From: Azolla caroliniana
Taxonomy: Eukaryota; Plantae; Polypodiophyta
Assembly (NCBI GenBank): GCA_043228905.1
Contig: JBHGNT010000002.1
Location: 1,612,001-1,676,000 of the forward strand
Length of the DNA: 64,000 bases
Direction of reading: 5' to 3'
The notes under the pieces were generated by a model, which saw only the letters and a list, made by a program, of their open reading frames with translations, was not told the DNA's origin and ran no database searches. Both the position numbers and the translations under genes were made by a program. This document shows, piece by piece, positions 14,595 through 27,118 of this stretch (the stretch's first letter is position 1; each line of letters starts with the position of its first letter).

Positions 14595-16344
14595 ACTAAA
14601 AGCATGAAGAGTTTTATGAAGAACAATTCATTTCTAAAACCTAGAAGGTTATCAATATTTTTTAAGATTGTCAACCATTGGCAAAATGTGTATAGTTAGC
14701 AAACTAGGCCAATTGAGTTATGTGCTCATATAAGTATTGGAAGAGCTCCCTCTTTGAGTTAAACCAACATGTTATGCTAAGAATGTGAGAAAATGATAAC
14801 CAGGTGAAAACATTAAAGCCAATATTATGTATGTCATGAGGTTTGGTTTATAAAAAGCTTTAGATGTATATTCATCATAATACAGAGAAACCCTAAAACT
14901 TATGATTTTCATCATTAACTTTGGATTTTATTTTATTTTCTAGGTTAGTTCTTCCTAACTTCTTGTTTTAGCGAGGAGCCAAAGCTAGTGTTACGGGGGT
15001 AGTGTTTGTCATACTGAGTTCGCCAACCATTATTTATTAGTTGTGTGTTCATTGTTATCAAGGTCCACTTGTCGTCTCTAACAAGCGCCTCCACTTTCAA
15101 GGGTAAGTATATTGATAAGATTGCCAATGTGCTTTGCAGTGAAGTGGGATTAGCAAGAACATGTTGCTAATCAATGGTAAGGTTCAAGGTGAATGCATGT
15201 TTTTCTATTGCCACACTAATATTGGCCTCTTGGTCAAAACCATACAAACAAACTTTCATCTTTTTTACTTTGGTCTTGCCATTTGATTGCACCACTCATC
15301 ATGACACAAATGAGCCTTATGAGGATATATATTTTAGCACTTTCTCTATGCTTAATGATGGAGCTCCTAAAAGGTGGATGTCTCCACCTTTCTAAATTGG
15401 TAATGGGTTATATAAGGTTTTTAGTCATTTTACTTTCCACACCGTATTTGACAATAACTTTCTAAATTTGACTATGTAATGGTAGTACCACAACCTTTCA
15501 TTAGAATGCAAAAATCCAATGCCACCTATTGATTTAGGTTAAGAAACCAAATCATCTTCTGTAGGTTGCGTCTTCAATCATAATCAAGTACAAATGGATC
15601 TTTCAACAAGATGTTGTGGTACAAATTTATACTAATATTTTAGTTTACAAGCAAAGGTTGTTGTAAGGCTTGCCTTACCAAATTACAAAAGTTTGTTGAC
15701 CTTCGATACAATAAAACTTTTGAAAACCTAAGTCAAGATTGCTTGCATACGCTACCAATTTGGAAAGGTCAATTGACTTTACAAACACTAAAAAATGTTT
15801 CAAAAGCTATCTCGAGATTCCGCCATATTAGTATATAAATGTAGGTTTTGGTTCCAATGTATGAAGACTATATCAATTAGGTTTAACTGTTGACTTTGAT
15901 AATAATGCATCAAACAATGGTTTTCTTTCTCCATTGTCTTCCAAATTAGAAAATGTCATGATTGATTCTCTTATGATTTTAGCTATGAATGCTTGACTTC
16001 CTAAAACATAAAATATTTTTCTTTTTAACTAAAAAATTAAGGTTTTAAGGGGTCTCCTTGCAATGATGATTCCTCAAGTTTTGTGGATTTTTCCTTAATA
16101 TAAAAAGATAGGTTTTGCATTATGGTATACCTTATTGTTTTGAACAATGTTCTTAAATATCTCGAAACTAAATCAGATTTTTAACTTGAATTTGTCTTGT
16201 CCACATCATAGTATGAAGCATATGTACCACATAATGCTTGATTTCAAAATGATCAACCTTTGTTTTGCTTGTCAAAAGGGCATTAAATTCTTTGTCTCAT
16301 CAAACTTCACCATAACTTTCACACTACATGCGAAATGAACCTTC

Positions 16345-18840
16345 TTTTTTTCCCCCAAAAAACTCTTTCCATTAGTTATAAAATTTTACAAATGAGACGA
16401 TTATGTACAAATCCCTGCAAGGACGCGATAGTTCCATCTTATGTGGATGCCCACTGACTCAAGAAAGGGAGAGGACAACCATTGTTGGATAAAGGCTATT
16501 TGTTATCTTTCAACTCCATCGGAGCCACTCTTGAGGCCATCATATTGGCTCTTTAGAGTGGCAACAATTCCACTCCATATCTCTTGCAGTAACCTTGTTG
16601 GATGCGCGGTTTGGTCGGAGAAGACCCGTCTACACCGTTGTTTCCATAGAATCCAAAGAGTTATTGGGCTAACCAATTCCAACACAACTTGAGATTTGTC
16701 ATTAAGAGTTGAGTGGACATTGCTGGTGGAGAAAAAAACCTCTTGTGCTTTTATCACCAAAGTTATCCCCTCCTCCTAATTCTCGTATCTGCCAACTAGG
16801 GTCTACCATGATAGCCAACATATATTTCGCCACTTGATTGAGCCTTGCACCTGGCATAATTGCAACAAGCGGCCAACCCCCCGCCATATTCGATGGGACG
16901 TTGGGCAGTCCCACAAAGCGTGTCGTATTGATTCTACTACATTTGGGCACTCTACACAATTAGGAGAGCTAAGGTTCCCACGTTGCCATGCTCCCACCGG
17001 TAGGGACTTATGTATTAATAGCCATTGGAACGTGGTAATTCGCCTCGCGTGTTGTTGTTTCCAGATTTTCTGCCAAAACTTGGTGATAATTGTGGGAGGA
17101 ACTTGAAATGTGTGCCAAACCTTCGCACTAACAGGCTCGCAGGCGGTTTGAGCAACTAGAATGTGGCGACCCAATCTAGTTGTGAATTGGAAGAAAGGGA
17201 TTGGTTTGCTTCCTTGCCTTGCGTAAGGATCATGCCATGTCCATTGCAAAGGGTCCCAATTGACCTTATGTAGCCATGTGTTTTCATGAGTACATATGTG
17301 CCAATCGAGCTGTACTTTGATCGAATTAGGATCTACAATCCATTTATGACCAATATATGTGAGTACTCGAATTGTGTTATTTTGTGTTGGTGTCTTAGTG
17401 TCTCGCAATTCAGAGCCTTCAATCCTGTCTAGTGTTCCCCTACCTCTCGGGATCAGAGATTCCTCCTCCTCGTGGCCTATCCATTTCTCCATTGTCGTCC
17501 TTTGAGTAACAGTTTCCCTAATCAGTAGAGCGTTAATGATTTCCGATCTCATAGTCCATCTGCCCCCGATTCCATGGAGTATGTTGCCTTGATCTTGTAG
17601 TGGCAGTGACATAAACCATCGCCAACATTCTATACTTTTTCCTGGATTTCTACAATGTATCCCCATGACAACCCCTTACGTGATGCCGATAGTTGATTAT
17701 ATTCATCCTTGATACATGGGTTCCATAGGATACGTTGACTGAGCTAGGCAGGTTCGGAACTCGGTTGATCGCACTTGAGCCCTCGTCTAATGTCACACCA
17801 TGCCTTCCACATGGATGCACTGAGTCTATCATCCAATTGGCGGGAGAAACTAGGTTTGAGATCCATGTTTAGAATCCATCTCGTTTGGGGTGCCCAATTG
17901 ACCCCTTTTCATGGCCTAAAGTAAGTGAAACGTAACCCAGTTTCCAATAGTCATTTCCTGGTTGGAGTCCTCGCACCACAAATTTGGCAAGTAAGGCTTT
18001 TGATTGTGAAAGGGGATCAATAAGACCCAATCCCCCTCTCGACTTAGGCACTGTGAGTATAGGCCACGCCACCTTGGCGCGAGTTACATGGTCTTCCTTA
18101 CCATACCAAATGTAGTTGCGAACCAGTCATTGAATCTGATGTATACTTTCCTTGGAGATTGTCCAACATAATAGACTGTACCAAGTTGTTGCGAGTAGTA
18201 CCTAGTTTGCCACTACGATGCAACCCGCTAGCGATAGTTTTTCGAACTCGAATGTATCAACTTTTGTCGAATGGAATGGATAATGAGTGCAATCATAATC
18301 TCCAGCTGTATGTTGAAACCAATTTGGAAACCCAAATATTTGGTGCTTGCTCCTTGATTGATCCATTTGAAAGCAAGATGTGGGTGCCATGCCGGATGTG
18401 TTTCATGAGAAAGCCATATTGCGTAGGATTTGTGCCAATTGAGCATGGCATTAGATCTCTTGCAAAATACGGCTAACCCATTTTCTAGCGTTTGGAGGTT
18501 TTCCAAGTCCCCTTGCATGTAGACCGTTGTGTCATCTACAAATTCTATATCCAAGATGCTTTGGTGAGAATGAGGTACAATTAATGTATGAGTTCTTTGT
18601 AGCCTTTGGACATCTTTCCATTAATACCAAGGTGAATCTTTATTTTCCAAGTTCCCTTGCAAGTAGACCGTTGTGTAATCTGCAAATTCTATATCCAGGA
18701 TGCTTTGGTGATAATGAGGTACGGGAAGACCACGTAGGTTGAGATGTCGCGAGTTGAGAAAGCAAGAGAGTGCTTCGGCGTATAATAGAAATAAGGATGG
18801 AGCTAGTGGGCATCCTTGTCGTACAGATCGGGATATTCGG
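16345..18840 (-). mobile_element. L1-clade LINE, 3' part of ORF2 (RT end and zf-RVT), degenerate; cut at 18840 by Copia A
   Basis: SRSVRQGCPLAPSLFL (18790-18835), FVDDTTVY, AWPILTVPKSRGGLGLIDP and CVECPNVVESIRHALWDCP; many frameshifts. Confidence 0.85.
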
Positions 18841-21534
18841 TGTTGAGAATCAAGCTCAACTTGGTCTAGTGTGTGAACTCACCTTGAGAGTGAATAGACA
18901 CTCCAACGGTCAAGAGTCACCATTATGTCACCTCTTTGTATTCTAGCATTTAGTATGTGTCATAGAATCATATTCTATGACACATAACTTATGAGCTTTC
19001 ACATTCCCCGTGCTCCATGAGTCTTGTAGTTGTTATAGGTTTTAGGGTTAACATTTATGATGATTGGTGATAAGCATTGAGAGATTGATTATGACATTGA
19101 TAGTGATGAAGATGGAAATGGTGATGGCGATAAGAATCATTGTGGGTGATAACATGATGTGATTGAGAAGCATTGCGGGGTGGGGGGGTGGTGCCTAGAA
19201 TGGCTCCACCCCCCTCCCAAGGGAATTCAACGTTGAGGGGGAGAGAGAGAGAAAGAGAGATTGAGAGAGAAAATGATCATTCATTCCCCATAAGGGGTTA
19301 AATAGTACAAGAGGGGGTAGATACATAGGGGTGTAAGCCCCATTGAGCATTCATACTTGACACTCACTCACACCTCCTCGTATCCATCCACATGCACACA
19401 CGTTGTCGTGAAGAAAACCGGCCATAGGCGGAATCAGAGAAGAAAGCGCATGAACCGGCCCTTACACGGATGGACGCGTGACTTGATGTTTTGTACCCGA
19501 TTCATAAAGGGATCAGTGGGTGAAAAATACTAGGAGGCACACGTTTATAAGGGGGATTGTGCGTATCCCTGTAAAGGGGGACATGGAATAAAAGGGAGGA
19601 GGACAAGAGAAAATGGGGATCGCGTATTGGAAAGGGGAGAAGCGCTGCTGCAGAACGGAGGCCGAGCTCTATCTCCTACTCCAATCGTCGCTCTTTGCGG
19701 GTGTCGGGAGGTCGCTGCCTCTGCTTTGTGGACAACCCGTGTGCTTCCAGCAGAGTCGCTCCCTTTCCCCTTTTGTTTCTTTGAGTCGTGTGACTGTCGT
19801 CGTTGTGCATGAGTAGGGTCCCCGTGTCGGGTCCGTCGCCGCTTTGTCGGTTGTAACTGTCGGAGTTTGTAATCTCTTGTCATTATAATTAAGTGTTACG
19901 TTCTATATCTCTCTTTCTCGCTTCTACGTGTCGGTGAATCTCTCTCTCTGTCTCGGTCTCTCTCGCTCCTCAGTCCAAGACCCCCGTGGTCCCGCCCCTT
20001 TCTACACATACGTGCGTAACAACGCGACATCTTTGGTGAACCCGACGTGAAAGGGCGGCAAAGGAGTCGAAAGATGAGGGGATCGGAGCTAGTAGAGGCA
20101 ATGGTGGTGGCCGTCGACCGACTGGTGAGCGCTCGTGAGGGAACGGGTACCCTCGACAGAGCCATTGAATCGATCGTCGGCTCTATAGGCCGTTTCAGAG
20201 GGAAAGACGCCACAAGTTATTTGGAGGCTTACCGGGCCGAAATGATCATGAGGGATATCCCGGTGGACAGACGGCTATCCGGATTCCCTCGGTGGTGACG
20301 CCGGGCATCCATGCGGAGGTGCTGGCCGGATGCCAAACTTGGGAAGAGTTCGAGTTGCAGCTCCTCGAGAAGTACAGGTTTGACGACTCGCTCCCGCTCT
20401 CGAGGAGGGGACTTCATGGCGTGGGTGGAAAGCCCCGGAAAAGGGAGGAACACGTTGGTGCTCCTCCAGGAGTTCGAAAAATGGTTCGCGCGGCTATCGA
20501 CGCTGGACCATACGGTGCTCGAAACCAGTCGAGTACTGCTGTTTGTCAAGTCGGTGGATGCGCTCGACAGGGAAAAGGTGGGCCCCCTATTGGAAACGGA
20601 CGAAGGGCTCACGATGGACTGGGCCGTGGTAAAACGGGTTTGCAGCCGTTTCGACAAACGGCGCGATTGGAGCGACGGAAGCACGTCGGGATCGGGGCCG
20701 GTCCCGGGGAGGAGGCTCGAGGAGCCGGTTTCGGTGCCGGCTGGGAGGAAGGAAGAGACCCGAATCTAGCCGGAGTCGGGGTCGGCATCGAACGACGTGG
20801 TCAGAGGCCCATCCGGAGGAGCGGCTCTGGAGGAGCTAACACAGATGGTGTGCGACCTGCAGATCGCACATGCCCGAAGAGACAGTGGTGAACAACCTCG
20901 CGACCAGAGGCCGCCGGCTGGGCAGCGGTGCATGTGGTGTGACGCGATCGGTCACATTCGGAAGGACTGCGCGGATTTCGCTGACGCGCTCAGGATCAAC
21001 GTGGTGTACCTCTGGAACGGGCGGGTGCACGCAAGCGAGACCCGGAGAGCCCTGGAACTGAATACGAGGCGCGACGGAATGAAGAGGTTGATGGAAGAGG
21101 CCGCGACACGACACGTCAAAGCCGTTAACTACTCAGTGTCGGCGGGAATTCGGGTCGGGGGTGATGAGACCCGGAAGGCGAAGGACTCCGGATTCTAGCC
21201 GCTAGTGCTAGAAGGCCTCTTCGGAGTTCGACTGAGGAAGGAAGAGGCGGACCTCGCGGAACAACGAGTCCAGGAGGTCACCGGTTGGGACGATCCGGTG
21301 GAAGAGAAAACGGGCTTCGTAGAGGCCACTTGCCAGAACTACGAGGTTCTGGTGGAGGACAAACGGGCAGGAAAGGCCGGAGGGGTCGGCCCCCCGAGGT
21401 ATGAGACCCGATTCAGACCGAAACCGACCGGTGCCGGCAACCCGGGCGCACCGGACGGAAAGAAGCAGGTGGGGTTTCGGTTGAGCACCGAGATCGAAAG
21501 GACCACGGACCTGCGAAAGGTCCTGGAGGAACGT

Positions 21535-22236
21535 TGCTGGGAACTCGACGTTCCTTATGTCCGACGCTCGGCCACAACCGAGATTCTTTTCATACACAGA
21601 AAACAGGTAATGAGACGTGACACAAAAGAAAAGAAGAGGAGAAATGGTACACAGGAGGTATACGTGGAAAACCCCAAAATAGGGGAAAAACCATGGTAGC
21701 CCACGAGCTACAAACTGTCACTATGCAGAAATATACAACAGTGAGATCACTGAGGCAATGACCTCGTGTTCTCAGATCTTCGCCACAGGCGGCGGTTGCA
21801 ACAGAGGCAACGACCTCGTCTCTCTCTCTCTTTTTCCCTCTCTCTCTCTCTGTACAGTTACGCGCTCTGATTTCTTCTTGCACCAACAAGAAAGAATAAC
21901 AACAAGAATGACAACCGTAACTAAAAGTTTGCCCTAAGTCATATTTATACTAATATGACTTTTCGGCTATTTACAAATGTAGCCTCGATGGGCTCCATCC
22001 GACTCTCCGCAGTCGGGTACTCCTCATCCGGTTCATACCGGGCCTACACCATCCGACTCTCCGCAGTCGGGTACTCCTCATCTGGTTCATACCGGGCCTA
22101 CACCATCCGACTCTCCGAAGTCGGGTTCTCCCTATTCGGTTCATACCGTTTCGGCCTCGGCCTGTCGGCCTTGGCCGAGTTTGTTCATCGGCACTGTTCT
22201 TCTCCCTTCCCATCCGGAGGGACCTGTCTTCCAACG
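21535..22236 (-). mobile_element. Solo LTR D1 (related to Copia E LTRs) inserted antisense in Gypsy C gag-pro
   Basis: Reverse complement of 44447-45091 plus ~57 extra bp; flanked by GAACGT on both sides; interrupts LEER/ILDSKV. Confidence 0.9.
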
Positions 22237-22895
22237 GAACGTATCCTCGACAGCAAAGTGGAGCTGTCATTGCGGGAGGTGTTGGGAATCGCCAAGAGGG
22301 AGTTCCACGACTCTATCGTAGACTTGGTGAAGCGTAAGAGGCTCTCGACAGAGCCGGAACCGGAGAAGCCAGTGGAAGTGCGGACCACGCACCTGGAAGA
22401 CGGAGCCTTGGAAGATGAACTGGCGGGAAGCCACTACACGAAGCCGCATTGGGCCAAGGCGACTACGGAAACCCCTGTAAGGATCGGCAACGTTCTGGAA
22501 CCGGTGGTGGCGTTGGTAGACCATGGATCCGAAATCAACCTGATGTCCATGGATTTCTACAATAAGGGTAAATGGACGATCAACACCAAGCATGGCTGGA
22601 AGATACGAGCAACGACGCGCGCCACGGAAGAACTACATGGGGCCTGTCCGAACGTACGGGTGAAAATCAACGATGTCGAGATCGACCAACACTTCTTCGT
22701 GCAGGAGACGTCCTCGCATCCGGTTATACTAGTAGAGCCATATATCACGGCAGCACGGATGGAGACCAAGGTGCTGGACAACGGTTCAACCTATGCAAGA
22801 GTCAAAAGCCAGGATGGGCGTCACTCGGTCCAGTTCCTAACGGTGCGACCAAATCACGAGCGTAACCGCGAGGCCCTCGGCAACGAAACCCGAGG

Positions 22896-22962
22896 GGATT
22901 TTTAAAGAGGGCTATCAAGGCGTGGGGCCGCGATAGTCCGGACTCCCGGGAACAACCCCACA
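22896..22962 (+). promoter_or_regulatory. Putative -1 ribosomal frameshift signal (G_GAT_TTT plus H-type pseudoknot), Gypsy C
   Basis: The gag-pro stop follows GAT TTT and pol is open in the -1 frame. Stem GGGCTATC/GATAGTCC starts 6 nt downstream; loop GTGGGG pairs with CCCCAC. Confidence 0.7.
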
Positions 22963-25900
22963 AATGTACAGTACGGAAGAAGACTTGTACCATGGGTAGG
23001 AAGTTTTGGTTCTCCGACAATGGAGGTTGTAGTATGACCGGCGTCAGCGGCCGGGAGAGGAAGCGAGCGGAGGAGCGGCTTAGGGGATGCGGAGTCCTCT
23101 TCCCCGACGAGGACATTAGCGGTGCCGTGGAGGCGGTCTCTTTTGACGACACCTTGGGCGAACTACGAAAGGTGATCGGTGAAGACCTTAGGGAAGACTG
23201 GACCGTTCCGGTAGGGTCGATGGGAATGTACGAAGTCATCGCAGACTTCGGGGAAAGGATCGGGTCAGATCGGACGGCCTGAGTGGATACGAAATACAAG
23301 ACTGTGGACCGGAAGGTGAGGCCAGTCGCGGCACCCTTGCCGGAGGGCAGCGAGGAGCGGATAAAAGGGGTCGCGTCGGACCCAAGTTTACGAAATCCGG
23401 CTGGCATAGGGCACTGGTTCACCGACATAATGCTACGGGAGCTCAAGGTCGGTGGGGGCGGCTTCCTACTCCCGGCGGAGGAGGACCGGTTTCGGAGAAT
23501 GCTCGGGAAGCACGGGAAGGCTTTCGCATTCTCTCCAGAGGAGATCGGGTGCGTAGACCTGACAGTTGTCGAACCGATGGTGATCTTCACAATACCGCAT
23601 GTACTGTGGAATCTCAAGCCGATTCCAGTGCCAAGAGCTAACATCCCGAAGTTGATGGAGCTCCTAAAGCAAAAGGTGGAGATGGGCATCCTCGAATTGT
23701 CGAGTGCCCCGTATTCGAATCGGTGGTTTACGGTGCCGAAGAAGAACGGCACGATGCGCTTCATCCAGGACCTACAACCGGTCAACAAGGTGACCATCCG
23801 TAATGCAAGGATCGGACCGACCATAGACGAGTTCGTGGAGGCCTTCGCTGGAAGGTCAATCTATTCTATCAGTGATCTGTATTCGGGGTACGATCAGTTC
23901 CAACTAGCCGTGGAGAGCAGAGACATTACGACGATGCAGACTCCTCTTGGCCTAGTGCAGATGTGTACCTTGCCACAAGGAGGGACGAACTCAGTGGCTC
24001 ACATGGTGAACGCGATGAACAAAGTGCTCAGGGATTGTATCCCGGACATCACCATGCCGTTCTTGGACGACATCCCGATCAAGGGATGTCCGGTGGAGAA
24101 AAGGGACGAGGCAATCGGGCCGGACAGATGTCGGAATTTCGTGGCGTCCCACATCAATGACTGCGAGAAGGTGCTGCAGAGACTAGAGCGCGCGAGGCTC
24201 ACCTTCTCCGGGGAAAAGTCGGCCTTCGGACAATCAGAGATCTTGGTGGTCGGACACCTGTGTGGGCCTTACGGTAGAAAACCATCTCCGGCAAAGGTAG
24301 AGGCCATCTCCGCGATGAGGAACGATTGCGGGTCGGTCACGGAGGTCCGCAGATTCTTGGGGGCATGCGCGTTCTACCACATCTGGATCCCGCACTACGC
24401 ACATGTCGCGGAACCCCTCTACGGACTATTGAAAAAGGGGCATAGCTTTGAGTGGAGGACGGAGCACACAGAGTCGGTTCGGAGACTAAAGGAGGTGCTT
24501 GCGGCAGCGCCGGCTCTCCGTAAAGCGGTTTACGGCAAGGATGTTCCCATCTGCGTGACGGTGGACACCAACCCGACCGGGATCGGGTGGGTAATCAGTC
24601 AGGAGGACAAGGACGACGTACGATTCCCGATCCGGTTCGGGGCGAAGGTATTGAGCGAGCGGCTGCGAGGGTATGCCCAAGTTAAGCCCGAGCTTTGGGG
24701 TGTCGTTTCGGCAGTCAAGGCCGACAAGGATTATCTGATCGGGACGGAGGTGATCATCGAGACGGACTGCCTGTCGATACTCGGCATGGTTTTCGAATGC
24801 GCGACGCCGGACCTAGCAATGCTCCGGTGGATAGCGTACATTAAGTCCCTGAACCCGGAGATACGACACATCTCCAGAAAGGACAACGCCATGGCTGACA
24901 TGCTTTCGAGAGCAAGGTTCAACGACGAAGACAACATGGTTTCGGATGACGAAGAAGTCGGCGAGGAATTTTTTGGGTCGGCTAACGTAACGACGAGGAA
25001 AGGGAACACTCCGACGCTTAACGAATTTGACGAAAGCAGGTACGACGGGGAGTGGCTCCAAATCGGGAGGTTCCTACGGACGATGACGCCGGACGCAGCA
25101 TGGGCGAGAGAGGAGGCGAGCCAGATACGGAGGAGGGCGTACCGATTCTTCCTGCGGGACGGGTGCATATGGAGGCACCCAAAGAAGAGAAGCGGCATCC
25201 CACTCCGAGTAGTGGCCAAGAAAGAAGAATAGGGGAAACTACTGACGACATTCCACGAGAGCCCATGGGCCGGACACCGCGGAACGTGGGCCACGTTCGA
25301 GAAGCTGAAGGAGAAGTACTGGTGGCCGGGGCTATACCGAGACATGCATCGGTTCGTAACGACTTGCGAGAGTTGTCAGGTGCACTCCGTAGTCCGACAC
25401 TGGGACGAGCTACACCCGACCTACCCGCCTACGGTCCATTTCAAGTGGATGGTGGACTTGGTGACGATGCCGATGGGGGTAGGACAGATGCGATACTTGG
25501 CGCTTGCCCGGGAGGACTTAACGAACCAGGTGGAAGGCCGTGCACTGCAAAGCAAGACAACCGCGACAGTATGCCGATTCCTGATAGAAGAAGTAGTGTG
25601 TCGGTACGGGTGCGTCGGGAGGATCGTGGCGGACCGGGGAGAGTTTGACGCCTAGCCGGTCGAACAACTCCTCAACTGGGCACGGGCCTATCGTAAAAGC
25701 GTTGGTGCGTGCATGCGAAGGGCAGGTCGGGAATTGGCCGCGGCTCCTTCCTTACGCACTATGAGCGGACCGAACTACACATAGTTCGGTAACAGGGTTT
25801 ATGCCGGCAGGGCTGATGTACGGACAGAAGCCGATCATGCCGGTGGAATGGACAGTTTCTTCGTGGGCGGCGGTAGATTGGAAGGACGAAATGAGCCGGG

Positions 25901-26470
25901 AGGAGTTGCTGGCGGTGCGGATTCGGCAACTCGAGCGGAGGCCGAAGGACGTGATATAGGCGAAGGAAAAGCTGCGAGCGGCAAGGGAGCGGAACAAGAC
26001 CCGGTTCAACCGGACGCACCGGTTACGACCAAAGAAGATCGAGGAAGGCGACTGGGTCTTGGTATACGACAGCAGCCTCGACAATCAGCACAAGGCGGTG
26101 CGAAAGTTTGCTAGGAGGTGGTTCGGGCCCTACATAGTGACGAGCGCGAACGACAACGGCACATACCACCTCGCGGAACTCGACGGGACATGGTTAGCAG
26201 TGCCGGTGTCCGGGAAACGTATCAAAGCGTTCAAAAAGCGGTTCGAAGACGAGCCGGAGCCTGCGAGCGGGAGCGACGACGACGATCAATTCGGGCCCGG
26301 CGGAGAATCGGAGAGCAACGAGTGAGGCCGGTTTTCTTCGGTATCTACCCGTCTCTGGCGCGTGGCGGTGGATGCGCGGTTTGGTGGCGGTGGATGTCGT
26401 GAAGAAAACCGGCCATAGGCGGAATCGGAGAAGAAAGCGCATGAACCGACCCTTACACGGATGGACGTGT

Positions 26471-27118
26471 TGTCGCGTTACTACGCGCGTGAGTGGAGAA
26501 ACGAGGCGGGACCACCGGGGTCTTGAACCGAAGAGCAAGTGATAGAAGGGGAAAGAGAAAGAGAGAGACGCCCGGTCACGTATGAGCAAAGAAACACAGG
26601 GGCACGGCCTGTCAACATAGAAGATGCGAATGGACACAGAGACAGGGAGACACAAGTGTTTGTATATTAACGAATAACAAATACACAACAGAGCACGCGA
26701 GCGGTTACAACCGAACAGGCCGACGAACAGATGCCGATGCCTGTTCGTCTATGCACAAAAGGGGAAGAGGGTGGAGGTGCTGCCTGAAGCACACGGGCGT
26801 TCCTCGAAGCAGCGCGAACCTCCTGAAACCCTGCAGAGAAGAGCGATGGAGAACGAACAGTGGAGAAGCGTTCGGTTACGGTCCGACAACACTTCGTCCT
26901 CCTTAATGCGCGATCCCTTCTCCCTACGTCTCCCTCTCCTTTATAGCTTCTAGAAGGGAGCCATCTCCCTCATTTACTTCCTACCTACCGAATCGAACTA
27001 CCCGGATATGCCTTTGTACTTAATTCCATATTATATACATTGAGGGCGCGCACTCGTGAAGAGCCGGTTCACGCGCGCTATGCACCGATTGCGCCAAGGG
27101 ACGGTTTTCTTCATGACA
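26471..27118 (-). mobile_element. Solo LTR G of a related Trp-primed Gypsy subfamily, inside the C 3' LTR
   Basis: TGTCGCG...TCATGACA termini; shares blocks with the F LTR (ggttacaaccgaacagg...gatgccgatgcctgttcgt); flanks gtgt and acgt correspond to gcgt in the C 5' LTR. Confidence 0.85.

Noticed and set aside
22802-23824. Long antisense ORFs opposite Gypsy pol (also 43635-44528)
   Set aside because: Expected shadow ORFs of GC-rich coding sequence; their similarity follows from pol conservation and they show no motifs of their own
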